Shown one piece after another: positions 1 through 9,303 of a stretch of DNA of 63,944 bases. Position 1 is the first letter of the stretch, and each line of letters begins with the position of its first letter. The notes beneath the pieces were generated by a model. That model was given only the letters and a program-made list of their open reading frames with translations. It ran no database searches and was not told the origin of the DNA. A program made the position numbers and the translations under genes. The stretch is from Minisyncoccota bacterium. GTDB taxonomy: Bacteria; Patescibacteriota; Minisyncoccia; UBA6257; 2-01-FULL-56-20. Location: NCBI GenBank assembly GCA_036510525.1, contig DATCDU010000021.1, positions 1-63,944 on the forward strand, written 5' to 3'.

Positions 1-907
1 TCTGCCCGAGCGCCGATTCGCGGTTGAGGATCGCGAGGATGAGTGCCGCGTTCACGCCCGTCGCCTGCGATGCGACGCTCGCGTACTGATACGCTTGTCC
101 GAATGTGAGCGATCCGCCGCCGAGCAGCTGGAAGATCTGGTTGCGAATCTGCGCTGCGGTGGCCTTCGCTTGCGCCGCGAGTGCGGCCTTTGCCGCGGCA
201 TCGCTTTTCGTTGCCGTGAGCAGTTGGTTCACCTGTGTCTTGTTCGCCACCACCTGCGCCGCTTGCGACGCCGCATATTGCTCCGCAGTTGCTTCCGCGC
301 TCTGCGATTGCGCGAGCTGTTGGTTCTGATCCTGCAGTTGCCCGGTCAGCGTGTTCAATTGTGCGACGTCCGCGTTGAGCGTCGATTCGAACAACGAAAT
401 ATTCTCGGAGTCGTCCCACAGCGTGGAGAGCTGGGGATTTTCCATGAACGATTGCAGAAAACCGGTCTGGTCATTTTTATAGAGCGCGTTCAAAAGATTT
501 CCCACCGCCACTTTTTCGCTCGCGATCTGTCCCTGTGTGACGCCGATCTGTGAAGTGGTCTGCGTGATCTGGCTGTCGATCTCCTGGAGCGAAAGGTTGA
601 TGGCCTGGATCTGAAGATTTAATTTTGCGATCTGTGCGTTCAGCGTTTTGATCTGCCCCGTGAGCGTCGTGCCTTTCGCCTGATCCGCGGCGATCTGGCC
701 CTGATATTGATCGATCTGTGTCTGAAGCACCGCGAGCTGGTTCTCAAGGTCCTGCTGCTTTTGCGCGGTGGTCTCGCTGGAGGTGCTCGTTGTGGTCTGG
801 GCAAGCGCCCTTTGCGTAAAGACGATACCGGCCGTGGCGATGATAAACAAAAATACCATCGCCCCTACGGCGACAAAAAAATACGTGTGTTTTCGGATAA
901 CGCGCAT
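1..907 (-). CDS. secreted coiled-coil protein with C-terminal SLT-like lytic transglycosylase domain (3' end outside window)
   Basis: Absent from the ORF track because no stop lies in the window. Minus-strand ATG at 907..905 gives MRVIRKHTYFFVAVGAMVFLFIIATAG (signal/TM). A long Q/A/L-rich coiled-coil region follows, then FGQAYQYASVASQATGVNAALILAILNRESALGQ, like the catalytic Glu-Ser region of SLT/MltB-type enzymes. Confidence 0.6.
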   Translation of the reverse strand, partial: MRVIRKHTYFFVAVGAMVFLFIIATAGIVFTQRALAQTTTSTSSETTAQKQQDLENQLAVLQTQIDQYQGQIAADQAKGTTLTGQIKTLNAQIAKLNLQIQAINLSLQEIDSQITQTTSQIGVTQGQIASEKVAVGNLLNALYKNDQTGFLQSFMENPQLSTLWDDSENISLFESTLNADVAQLNTLTGQLQDQNQQLAQSQSAEATAEQYAASQAAQVVANKTQVNQLLTATKSDAAAKAALAAQAKATAAQIRNQIFQLLGGGSLTFGQAYQYASVASQATGVNAALILAILNRESALGQ

Positions 908-1029
908 CACTCTATAAGAATACTACGAAATTGAAGAAAAAGTTTCCGCATGATGCCGAAGATAGTGCCCACTTTAAAATAAAACGCCGCCTTCGTGCAG
1001 ACAGGCGGCGTGTGAAATATGAGGATGAG

Positions 1030-1674
1030 CTACTGTTGTTTGTCGGCAAGAAACTCCTTGCCTTTGCCGATGGTGGTGTTCACCGGAACACCCTTGGCGC
1101 AAAGTGGGCACTCAGTCGCTTCCCAGCTGTCGAGATCGACGCTGGTAAGCGAATAGAGTTCGGGGAGAAGACCGATATCTCCCTCCGTGACCCCGCCGCG
1201 GTTACAGATCGCGCCAAGTCCGACAACGTTGCCGCCGAGCTCCCGGACGGCATCGAACACTTTCTTTGCCGAGCCGCCGGTCGTGAGGATGTCTTCGACG
1301 ATCAAAATGTTCTTGCTGGGGATAAGTTTTTCGTACCCCCGCTTGATGACGAATCGGTCATCTTCCTTCTCGGCGTAGACCGCCAATGTCTTGCGACCGG
1401 TGGTCCCTTCGAGCATGCTCGCGGTCCATTGAGAGAGGATGATGCCGCCCTTTTCGGGGCCGACAACAACGTCGACCTGGCGATCCGCAAAGTGATCGGC
1501 AAAGAAGAAGCAAAGTCGTGCGGTTTCTTTGGTATAGGGATAGACAGCATCCTTGTTGACGTATGCCGAGCCATGTTTACCCGACGTGTAGACGAAGTGG
1601 TCGCTCGTGAGTACCGCACCCACCCGTCCAAGGACTTTCAATGCGTCTTGTTGCGTTTCAATTGCAGCGTTCAT
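1030..1674 (-). CDS. pyrE: orotate phosphoribosyltransferase
   Basis: PRPP-binding motif NILIVEDILTTGGS. Length 214 aa. Start overlaps the pyrF stop. Confidence 0.9.
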   Translation of the reverse strand: MNAAIETQQDALKVLGRVGAVLTSDHFVYTSGKHGSAYVNKDAVYPYTKETARLCFFFADHFADRQVDVVVGPEKGGIILSQWTASMLEGTTGRKTLAVYAEKEDDRFVIKRGYEKLIPSKNILIVEDILTTGGSAKKVFDAVRELGGNVVGLGAICNRGGVTEGDIGLLPELYSLTSVDLDSWEATECPLCAKGVPVNTTIGKGKEFLADKQQ

Positions 1675-2570
1675 TAGATCACCACCTTCCGGTACTGGTT
1701 GATGAGAGTGTGCAGCTCAAGCGTTGCGAGCCGCGCTGCATCGGCAAAATCCGCGCCGCTGGAGGCGAAGATGATGCCGCGTGATGAGTTGATGATCATG
1801 CCCGCGCCATGCGAATCCATTCCCGCCCCAATCGTCGCTTCGACATCGCCGCCCTGTGCCCCGATACCGGGGATGAGGATCGGAATGTCGCCAGCTAGGG
1901 CGCGTACCTCACGAAGTTCTTTGGGATACGTTGCGCCCACGACAAGACCACAGTTACTATTCTTGTTCCATTCTGTGGCCACTCGATGAGCGACAGGCTG
2001 ATAAAGCGGAAAGTGAGGACCGACGTGGTGATATTTTCCTGCATATCGGCCGGGCGGCATTGGTACCTGCATATTTTGGAACTCTCCTGCGCCGGGATTT
2101 GAGGTCCGGCAGAGGATGAAGACCCCCTTATCTTCTCGGTCGAGGAACGGTTGCAGAGCTTCCGCACCGAGATAGGGGTGAACGGTGATGGCGTCGGCAT
2201 CGAGGTAGTCGAACGCCTCAAGTACGTATCCGGCATTCGTATTGCCGATGTCCGCGCGCTTGGCGTCGAGGATCACGGGGGTCTCCGGCGCGGCAAAGTG
2301 GATATAGCCTATGATATCTCTGAGCGCTGCGAGGCCTTTACGCCCGTACGCCGCGTAGAACGCAATGTTCGGCTTGTAAGCACCCACAAGATCGTGTGTT
2401 GCGTCGATGATAGCGCGATTGAACGCGAGGATTGACGCGCCAATGACTTGATCTTGTTGTTCGCGTACGATTCCGGGGATTTTTGGGTAATCGCTGTCCA
2501 ATCCGACGCACACAAAGTGATCGGCGGCCCAGCGAGCTTCGAGTAGTTCACGGAAATTACGGGTTCCCAT
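1674..2570 (-). CDS. pyrF: orotidine 5'-phosphate decarboxylase (type 2)
   Basis: VCVGLDSD and ILDAKRADIGNT motifs. SD AAGGAGG upstream of the ATG at 2570. Confidence 0.9.
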   Translation of the reverse strand: MGTRNFRELLEARWAADHFVCVGLDSDYPKIPGIVREQQDQVIGASILAFNRAIIDATHDLVGAYKPNIAFYAAYGRKGLAALRDIIGYIHFAAPETPVILDAKRADIGNTNAGYVLEAFDYLDADAITVHPYLGAEALQPFLDREDKGVFILCRTSNPGAGEFQNMQVPMPPGRYAGKYHHVGPHFPLYQPVAHRVATEWNKNSNCGLVVGATYPKELREVRALAGDIPILIPGIGAQGGDVEATIGAGMDSHGAGMIINSSRGIIFASSGADFADAARLATLELHTLINQYRKVVI

Positions 2571-2746
2571 CGATAGCCTCCTTTCAAAGGGCTGTTGACG
2601 CCGAATCCTGTCTGGACTGGGCTTGGGTAAGGTTTAACAGAAAAATATAAAAATAGCAACAAAAATAATTGACATTAGGATGGAAAACCGTGAGTATAGT
2701 GGCAGCGCACCACAAAAATTAATCTGGGGAAATGGGAGGTAAGAGA

Positions 2747-3691
2747 ATGAACCTGAGAGGTATACCCTTCGGAAACGTGCTTGGAGCATCGGGTGTTCAA
2801 GGTTTTTTCGGCGAGGGGTATCGGTATCATCGTTACCTCCAGCCCTTTGGCCTTAACTTCGGTGACGTCACCTTCGTTGCCAAAACCACAACCTTAGACC
2901 GCGAGACCGGTCACATGGAGTTACGGGATGACTTTACTCCGGTGAAATTTTTTCCGGATTGCATCTACGTGAAACCGTGGCAGGGAAATGCATTGAACGC
3001 GATCGCCCTCAGCGGACCAGGCGTGCTTGCGTTATTGGAAAAAGGATATTGGCAGGCACGGACAAAACCTTTTTTCATTTCATTCATGTCCGTCGCTAGA
3101 ACGAAACAGGGACGACTGGATGAACTGGAAATCTTCGTGCGGTATGTAAAGAGATACATCCCGCGATTTCGCGCGCCGTTCGGATTGCAGATCAATTATT
3201 CATGTCCCAACGTCGGCGTGGGGCACGAAGATCTGGTGGACGAGGCGCGGCAGGGGCTTTCCATCGCTTCACATTTGGATATCCCGCTCATGCCGAAGTT
3301 CAGCGTCGTGCTTCCTCCGCAGATCGCGAAAGCGATCGGCGAAGACCCGTTGTGCGACGCGCTGTGCATCTCAAACACGGTTAAGTTCGGACAACTGCCG
3401 GACAGGATCGATTGGGTGAAGTTGTTCGGGCCGGTTTCGCCGCTCGCGCATTATGGCGGCGGCGGACTTTCTGGGAAACCACTCTTGCCGCTGTTGCTTG
3501 AGTGGCTCACGGAGATCCGGTCCATCGGATTCACAAAGCCGATCAACGCCGGAGGGGGGATTCTTTCCATTTCCGACGCGATACGCGTTCTTCGCACCAA
3601 TGCGGATTCCATCTTCTTGGGATCCATCGCTTTTCTCCGCCCGTGGCGCGTCCGGAAGATCGGGCGCGTCATAGGGCATTTCCAGGAATAG
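2747..3691 (+). CDS. dihydroorotate dehydrogenase-family TIM-barrel protein (divergent)
   Basis: KTTTLDRETGH, NAIALSGPG and INYSCPNV parallel class-1 DHODH motifs. The second ATG (2747) is preferred because GGGAGG lies 7 nt upstream; the ORF track starts at 2732. Divergent to pyrF-pyrE. Confidence 0.55.
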   Translation: MNLRGIPFGNVLGASGVQGFFGEGYRYHRYLQPFGLNFGDVTFVAKTTTLDRETGHMELRDDFTPVKFFPDCIYVKPWQGNALNAIALSGPGVLALLEKGYWQARTKPFFISFMSVARTKQGRLDELEIFVRYVKRYIPRFRAPFGLQINYSCPNVGVGHEDLVDEARQGLSIASHLDIPLMPKFSVVLPPQIAKAIGEDPLCDALCISNTVKFGQLPDRIDWVKLFGPVSPLAHYGGGGLSGKPLLPLLLEWLTEIRSIGFTKPINAGGGILSISDAIRVLRTNADSIFLGSIAFLRPWRVRKIGRVIGHFQE

Positions 3692-3731
3692 TCGGCGCCT
3701 CGCTCACAAAGCAGCCGCCGTTTTTTTATGT

Positions 3732-3747
3732 TGTAGCCCCAGGGGGA
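3732..3747. repeat. 16-nt direct-repeat copy of the tRNA-Glu 3' end (TGTAGCCCCAGGGGGA)
   Basis: Identical string at 3972-3987, inside/abutting tRNA-Glu. Confidence 0.85.
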
Positions 3748-3860
3748 GTCGCCCCGCGACTCGAATGCTCGCCGTCGCTCGCATTCGGTCTGGGCACCGC
3801 CTCACGATATTTTTCTGCTGAAAAATATCGCTCCGGCGGTTCGATTCTCTTTGAAGACGG

Positions 3861-3971
3861 GCTTATTCTTTTTCCTCCCGGAAGGTGTCTCGGAGCCGCG
3901 AAGGCGGCGAGAGCCAAGGCGGCCGGTCAGCAGACCGGAACGCCGTCCTTTCGGGAGGAAAAAGAATAAGC
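3861..3971 (-). repeat. family-A GC-rich structured repeat (copy A3) closed by a perfect 20-bp inverted repeat
   Basis: GCTTATTCTTTTTCCTCCCG (3861-3880) is the exact reverse complement of 3952-3971. The interior matches the A1/A2 cores in reverse orientation (GGACGGCGTTC...GGCCGCCTTGGCTCTCGCCGCCTTCGCGGCTCCGAGACACC). Confidence 0.8.
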
Positions 3972-3973
3972 TG

Positions 3974-4045
3974 TAGCCCCAGGGGGAATCGAACCCCCAT
4001 TTACGCCGTGAAAGGGCGCTGTCCTAACCATTAGACGATGAGGCC
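3974..4045 (-). tRNA. tRNA-Glu (anticodon UUC)
   Basis: Manual cloverleaf: GGCCTCA/TGGGGCT acceptor, anticodon loop CTTTCAC, T-loop TTCGATT. No encoded CCA. Confidence 0.9.
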
Positions 4046-4147
4046 GTGCGTGCGCGTTGCCGCGCGGACCGGCCGAGCATTGATGCTATACTATAATAAA
4101 GTAGGGATTTTTGAAAGGTCGGGTTTCATTGTAAGATCAAAAAAACA

Positions 4148-4528
4148 ATGTCAATGCTTCTTTTCTGGTACGGGGGATTGGGGTTTGCGGTGCCGCGGAT
4201 CATTCTTGGCGTGTTGCTCCTCGTTCACGGGTGGCCGAAGATCAAAGACCTCAATCAGAACGCGAAAAATTTCGCCGGCATGGGATTCAAGCCGGGGTCG
4301 CTGTGGGGGACCATCGCGGCGTTCGTCGAGTTCCTCGGCGGCATCGGGCTCGTGCTCGGGCTCGCCGTCCCATACGCGTGCTTCCTGTTTATGGGTGAGT
4401 TCGCGGTGATCATCATTTGGAAATGGATCAAGAAGATGCCGTTCGTCGGCGGGTGGGAATTGGACGCGCTCATCTTCGGGCTCGCGCTGATGTTCTTTAC
4501 GCTGTACGGCGGATTCTTTTTGTTCTAG
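4148..4528 (+). CDS. DoxX-family membrane protein
   Basis: 126 aa with 4 TM segments. RIILGVLLLVHGWPKI is a DoxX-like signature. Confidence 0.7.
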   Translation: MSMLLFWYGGLGFAVPRIILGVLLLVHGWPKIKDLNQNAKNFAGMGFKPGSLWGTIAAFVEFLGGIGLVLGLAVPYACFLFMGEFAVIIIWKWIKKMPFVGGWELDALIFGLALMFFTLYGGFFLF

Positions 4529-4543
4529 ACTGGTGGCTTCGTT

Positions 4544-6079
4544 ATGAAACGTTTCTTTGAGATGCTGCCGGGAGTTTTGGCGTGGCTCACGCTTATTTTT
4601 ATGGTGCTCTTCTCGTGGCTCCTGCCGGTGTGGGTATCCATTTTTATTATTTTGTTCGACATCTATTGGGTGATGAAGACGGTGTACTTGTCGTTGCACT
4701 TGCGTGCGACGTTCACGGAAATGCGGCGTGTGATGAAGGTGGACTGGCTTGCGCAGATTCGTGAAGAGATGCCCGCGGCTGGCGGCGCAGGCGAAGCGTG
4801 GCCCGTACTCAATGACATCTATCATCTCGTGATCCTGCCGATGTACGACGAGCCGTACGAGGTTGTGCGCGAAAGTTTTGCGTCGCTCACGCGCGTCAAC
4901 TATGACCGGAAGAAATTGCTCGCGGTGCTCGCGCTTGAGGATAAGGCGGGGGAGGCCGCGCGGGAGACGGGCCGGAAGCTCGCGGCGGAATTCGGCGGCG
5001 CAGACAGCGGCACGGCGCCGTTCGGAAAATTTTTGGTGACGCATCATCCTATCAATTTGCCGGATGAGATCCCTGGCAAGGGATCGAATGAGGTATGGGC
5101 CGGTCAGCAGGCGATGCGTGAGATCATAGAGCCGATGAAGATCGCGCCGGAGCATGTGCTCGTATCCGTGTTCGACATCGACACGCAGGTCTTCCCGGAG
5201 TATTTTAGCCGGCTCACGTACGTGTTCCTGAAGGCCGAAAATCGCACGCGCGCGATCTATCAGCCGATCCCGCTTTTCACCAACAACGTGTACGAGGCAC
5301 CGATGCTCGCGCGCGTCGTGGCGTTCTCGACGACGTTCTGGCAGATGATGCAGCAGTCGCGGCCCGAGCGGCTGACGTCGTTCTCGTCGCAATCCATTCC
5401 GCTCAGCACATTGCTCGATATCGGTTGGTGGGATAAGACGATCGTGTCCGAGGACTCGCGCATTTTCTGGCAGGGATATTTAAAGTATCACAGCGATTTC
5501 CGCGTAGAGCCGCTCTTCTATCCGGTGTCTATGGATGTGAACGTGGCGCCGAAATTCTGGACGACGATGAAAAATATTTATAAGCAGCAGCGACGGTGGG
5601 GATGGGGCGTGGAAAATATTCCGTACATGTTGGAGGGATTCCGGCATGATCCGCAGATCCCGGAGAGCAAAAAAAGATATTGGACGTTCAACGCGATCGA
5701 AGGATTCCATTCGTGGGCCACGAACTCGCTCATCATCTTTGCGCTCGGCTGGTTGCCGCTCGCGCTTGGCGGTCGTCACTTCGGGCACTCGATCCTTTCG
5801 TACGATCTTCCGCACATCACGCGGTTCATCGTCACGCTCTCCATGGTGGGCGTTGCGAGCTCCGCTATTTTGAGCGTGATGCTCCTGCCCGAGAAGCCGG
5901 GCGGTTTGCGCGCGACGGATTATCTTGTGTTCGTCTTGCAGTGGGTGCTGATGCCGCTCACGCTGATCATCTTCGGCGCGTTCCCGGGGCTCGAGGCGCA
6001 GACGCGGTTGATGCTTGGCGGCCCTTTCCGGCTTGGTTTTTGGGTGACGCCGAAGGGGAGATATACAAAAGGTGATTGA
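4544..6079 (+). CDS. membrane-bound processive family-2 glycosyltransferase (cellulose/chitin-synthase-like)
   Basis: N- and C-terminal TM helices, SVFDIDT (DxD-like), SEDSR (ED) and QQRRWGWG (QxxRW) motifs. Confidence 0.7.
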   Translation: MKRFFEMLPGVLAWLTLIFMVLFSWLLPVWVSIFIILFDIYWVMKTVYLSLHLRATFTEMRRVMKVDWLAQIREEMPAAGGAGEAWPVLNDIYHLVILPMYDEPYEVVRESFASLTRVNYDRKKLLAVLALEDKAGEAARETGRKLAAEFGGADSGTAPFGKFLVTHHPINLPDEIPGKGSNEVWAGQQAMREIIEPMKIAPEHVLVSVFDIDTQVFPEYFSRLTYVFLKAENRTRAIYQPIPLFTNNVYEAPMLARVVAFSTTFWQMMQQSRPERLTSFSSQSIPLSTLLDIGWWDKTIVSEDSRIFWQGYLKYHSDFRVEPLFYPVSMDVNVAPKFWTTMKNIYKQQRRWGWGVENIPYMLEGFRHDPQIPESKKRYWTFNAIEGFHSWATNSLIIFALGWLPLALGGRHFGHSILSYDLPHITRFIVTLSMVGVASSAILSVMLLPEKPGGLRATDYLVFVLQWVLMPLTLIIFGAFPGLEAQTRLMLGGPFRLGFWVTPKGRYTKGD

Positions 6080-6141
6080 ACGGCGTAGCGCCATCGACCC
6101 ATGGAACGGTAGTGTCGTTTTTAACGGAAGTGGCGTCAATT

Positions 6142-6180
6142 CAGTGTTTTGAAATCACAATTTGTGATTTCAAAACACTG
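6142..6180. repeat. AT-rich palindromic repeat, copy 1 (perfect 19-bp arms); likely bidirectional terminator
   Basis: CAGTGTTTTGAAATCACAA-T-TTGTGATTTCAAAACACTG, between the convergent GT2 and recG genes. Core AAATCACAAnTTGTGATTT is shared with copies at 9126, 11570 and 24078. Confidence 0.8.
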
Positions 6181-6258
6181 GTCCTATCAACGCTTTTCAC
6201 TCCACGCTCACAATGGTGCGGAAGGTGATCCTAGATTCCGAAGTGTGCCTCTACCTCT

Positions 6259-8451
6259 TTACTCCTGATGCACCCGCGCGCGGAACTCCTCCACTTGTTT
6301 TCTTAGCGCCATATTTTTTTTGAACTGAGGATCCGCAGTGACGGCTTTGATCGCCGCCTCGCGGGAATTCTTGACGAGCTCCGGATCGCGGAGCGCTTCC
6401 ATCGCCACGTCCGGGAGTCCGGTCTGCACATTGCCGAAGAATTGTCCCGGGCCGCGGAGGGCGAGGTCGTGCTCGGCGAGTTCGAAGCCGTTCTTGGCTT
6501 CGAGGATCGCTTTCAACCGCGCGTTCGCGACTGCGGCCTGCGAGTCGGCCATCAGGAAACAGTATGACTGGTACTCGCCGCGCCCGACGCGGCCGCGGAA
6601 TTGATAGAGCTGTGCCAGGCCAAAGCGGTCCGCGCCTTCGATCATCATGATGGAGGCATTCGGCACGTCCACGCCGACCTCGACGACGGACGTCGCGACG
6701 AGGATATCGAACTCTTTATCTTTGAATTTTTTCATCACGTCTTCTTTTTCTTTCGGCTTCATCTGACCGTGGAGCATCGCGATGCGCAGGTCGGGAAATA
6801 TCTTTTGCGATAGCTTTTCGTATTCTTCCTTGACCGATTTCAATTCCAGCTTTTTGGCGAACGCCGCTTTGCCGCCGGGCGCGGCCTTGGACGCTTCCTC
6901 TTCGTCCGGCGCTTCGATGCGCGGGCAGATCACAAACGCCTGACGTCCCTCTTTTATTTGCGCGCGAATGAAGTCGTACGTCGCCGTGCGTTTGAGCGGT
7001 GCGACGATCTCGGTCTTTATTTCTTTGCGCCCCGCCGGCAGTTCGGTGATGAGCGAAAGGTCGAGATCGCCGAACACGGAGAGCATGAGCGTACGCGGGA
7101 TCGGTGTGGCGGACATGCTGAGAAAGTGGGGGATGGGCGCGGGCGCGGCGCCATTTTTCGCGCCACTCTTGCGGGCGTTCAGCTCCGCGCGCTGGCGCAC
7201 GCCGAACCGGTGCTGTTCATCTATTATTACGAGCCCGAGCGATGCGAACTCCATCGCTTTTTGGATGAGCGCATGCGTGCCGAAGATGATGGACACTTCG
7301 CCGGCGGCAACCTTTTTATAGAACTCCGGTTTAGTGGTCTTTGATTCCAGTTCTTTACTATAGAAAATGTGTGCACTGCTACCGGTGATGAGGCCGATCA
7401 CGGGTTGTGCGTCGCCAAGTGTAATGGAGGTGAAGAATTTCTTCATCGTGTCAAAGTGCTGTCGCGCCAAAATTTCTGTCGGTGCCATGAAGGCCGTCTG
7501 CAATCCGTTCTCTGCGGCGATCACCGCCGCAATTGCCGCGACGACCGTCTTCCCCGATCCCACATCTCCCTGGAGGAGCCGGTTCATCGGCCGCGCCTTC
7601 TCGATATCCTTGATGATCTCCCACAGCGATTGCTTCTGCGACTGCGTGAGCTCGAAGGGGAGCTTGGCGAGCATCGCCTTCACGCGCTCGATGTCCGCCT
7701 TGATGACCGGCGCGGATTCCTGTGCGAGCTTCATCTTCTGCTGCATGTTCAAAATCTGGAGCAGGAACAGTTCTTCGAAAGAGAATCGCGCGCGCGCGGC
7801 GGTGGCATCCTCGATCGCGCGCGGAAAGTGGATGGACCGGATCGCCTCGTTCAATTCCGGGAAATTAAATTCTATTAAAATTTCGGCGGGGATCCATTCT
7901 TTCATCACCGGTTTCTTTCGGAAGAGCGATTGCGTGACGAACCGGATCCCGCGCGAGGTGAGTCCGCGGGTCTCGGGATACACCGGCACGAGCCGCGCGG
8001 TGTGGCTCATCTCCTGATGCGCTGAGTCGCGCACGTGGATCACTTCATAGACGGGATTGTTGAGATAAATTTCGCCTTCCTCCGACACGGCTGCCTTGCC
8101 GGCAAAGTTCGCCGCGCGTCCGGTCTTCAACACATTCGCCACATAGGGTTGGTTGAACCACACCGCGCGGATGGATCCCGATTCGTCCGCGATCGTGGCC
8201 TCCACGATGGTCATTGAGCGGCGCCAGCTGCGCTTGCTCTGAATTTCTTCCACGATGCCCGTGATGGTGGCCTGCTGTCCCGGCTCAAGCTCGGCGATGG
8301 AATACACTTTTGTAAAATCCTCGTAGCGGGTGGGAAAGTGCCACAGAAGATCGTGAACGGTTTTGATGCCCATCTTTTCGAGACGGCGCAAAGCGGGAAC
8401 TCTCGCTCCCACTACCTCAAAAAGCGGCGTGTCCGAGGCGATCTGAAGCAT
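6259..8451 (-). CDS. recG: ATP-dependent DNA helicase RecG
   Basis: Wedge/OB N-terminus, Walker A GDVGSGKT, DEQHRFG, helicase C motifs. 730 aa. Confidence 0.92.
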   Translation of the reverse strand: MLQIASDTPLFEVVGARVPALRRLEKMGIKTVHDLLWHFPTRYEDFTKVYSIAELEPGQQATITGIVEEIQSKRSWRRSMTIVEATIADESGSIRAVWFNQPYVANVLKTGRAANFAGKAAVSEEGEIYLNNPVYEVIHVRDSAHQEMSHTARLVPVYPETRGLTSRGIRFVTQSLFRKKPVMKEWIPAEILIEFNFPELNEAIRSIHFPRAIEDATAARARFSFEELFLLQILNMQQKMKLAQESAPVIKADIERVKAMLAKLPFELTQSQKQSLWEIIKDIEKARPMNRLLQGDVGSGKTVVAAIAAVIAAENGLQTAFMAPTEILARQHFDTMKKFFTSITLGDAQPVIGLITGSSAHIFYSKELESKTTKPEFYKKVAAGEVSIIFGTHALIQKAMEFASLGLVIIDEQHRFGVRQRAELNARKSGAKNGAAPAPIPHFLSMSATPIPRTLMLSVFGDLDLSLITELPAGRKEIKTEIVAPLKRTATYDFIRAQIKEGRQAFVICPRIEAPDEEEASKAAPGGKAAFAKKLELKSVKEEYEKLSQKIFPDLRIAMLHGQMKPKEKEDVMKKFKDKEFDILVATSVVEVGVDVPNASIMMIEGADRFGLAQLYQFRGRVGRGEYQSYCFLMADSQAAVANARLKAILEAKNGFELAEHDLALRGPGQFFGNVQTGLPDVAMEALRDPELVKNSREAAIKAVTADPQFKKNMALRKQVEEFRARVHQE

Positions 8452-8538
8452 TGATTTGCGAATAGTATAGCATAACGGGCAGAATAAAAAAAGGCGCGCG
8501 GGGGTGGGCGCGCGCGGGACAGGCGGTATGAAAACAGA

Positions 8539-8850
8539 TCATTCGATGCCAAGGCGATGTTCTCGCCGGGTGAGTTCATCCCGGATCGCTATGAGCTGGT
8601 TGAAAAGGTCGGTACAAATCGCATCGCTCATTTGCGGATCGATGTGGCCGGTCTTTACCCTGAAGTCCACCATCCTCCTCGCCACGCTCATGAGTCGGTC
8701 GTTGTAAGAAATGAAAATGCGGTTTCGTAGTTTCTTTGCGGCGGCCTTCGGACCGAGGTTCGCGAGGTCGACCCCAAAGAAACCTAATAGTACGAATACA
8801 TTCGCATCGATGTCGATCTTTTCAATTGATTGGACCGCATGAGTGGCCAT
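8539..8850 (-). CDS. hypothetical protein
   Basis: 103-aa ORF with ordinary composition, co-directional with the upstream tRNA-Lys. No recognisable family. Confidence 0.4.
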   Translation of the reverse strand: MATHAVQSIEKIDIDANVFVLLGFFGVDLANLGPKAAAKKLRNRIFISYNDRLMSVARRMVDFRVKTGHIDPQMSDAICTDLFNQLIAIRDELTRREHRLGIE

Positions 8851-8921
8851 GCGAATCTCCCTTCTCTTTCTGCTATGAAAATATCACAGAATGATTTTTC
8901 TGCCAAATCGCCGCATCGTTG

Positions 8922-8994
8922 TGCCCCCACCAGGATTCGAACCTGGGACCTTCTCCTTAAGAGGGAGCAGCTCTACCAACTGAGCTATAGGGGC
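8922..8994 (-). tRNA. tRNA-Lys (anticodon CUU)
   Basis: Manual cloverleaf: GCCCCTA/TGGGGGC acceptor, anticodon loop CTCTTAA, T-loop TTCGAAT. Confidence 0.9.
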
Positions 8995-9125
8995 AATATC
9001 AGAGTTATTCTATTAAGGATGGGCGGAAAATGCAATGAGATCGGTTGAATCGTTAGCGGCATGCCAGAGGGGATTGGTGTTGTTTGTGTCGCTTATGCCA
9101 TTCATTCGGATAATGTCGGGTTTCG

Positions 9126-9164
9126 CTGCATTCTAAAATCACAAATTGTGATTTTAGAATGCAG
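9126..9164. repeat. AT-rich palindromic repeat, copy 2 (perfect 19-bp arms)
   Basis: CTGCATTCTAAAATCACAA-A-TTGTGATTTTAGAATGCAG, between tRNA-Arg and tRNA-Lys. Confidence 0.8.
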
Positions 9165-9231
9165 AAACCAGCTTGTTAAATTGAAATGTTCTCCCAAGTG
9201 CTTTTAATTACAATCCCAAGCTGCCTAGTCG

Positions 9232-9303
9232 TGCCCCCGCCAGGAGTTGAACCCAGACTTCATGGTTCGAAGCCATGCGTGATATCCGTTTCACTACGAG
9301 GGC
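9232..9303 (-). tRNA. tRNA-Arg (anticodon UCG)
   Basis: Manual cloverleaf: GCCCTCG/CGGGGGC acceptor, anticodon arm CATGG-CTTCGAA-CCATG, T-loop TTCAACT. Confidence 0.9.

Noticed and set aside
95-553. 152-aa and 74-aa plus-strand ORFs at the window start
   Set aside because: They are antisense to the partial coiled-coil/SLT gene (1-907, minus strand), which has a far more protein-like translation and a signal peptide.
931-1677. 248-aa plus-strand ORF
   Set aside because: It is antisense to pyrE, whose PRPP motif is unambiguous.
3748-3860. Second tRNA, permuted tRNA or tmRNA-like domain next to tRNA-Glu
   Set aside because: A GGTTCGATTC T-loop-like word exists on the plus strand (about 3836-3847), but no complementary T-stem, D arm or acceptor stem can be drawn.
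4151-5392. 413-aa minus-strand ORF
   Set aside because: It is antisense to the well-supported GT2 gene (4544-6079). Its Arg/His/Glu-rich low-complexity translation is typical of shadow ORFs in high-GC coding DNA.
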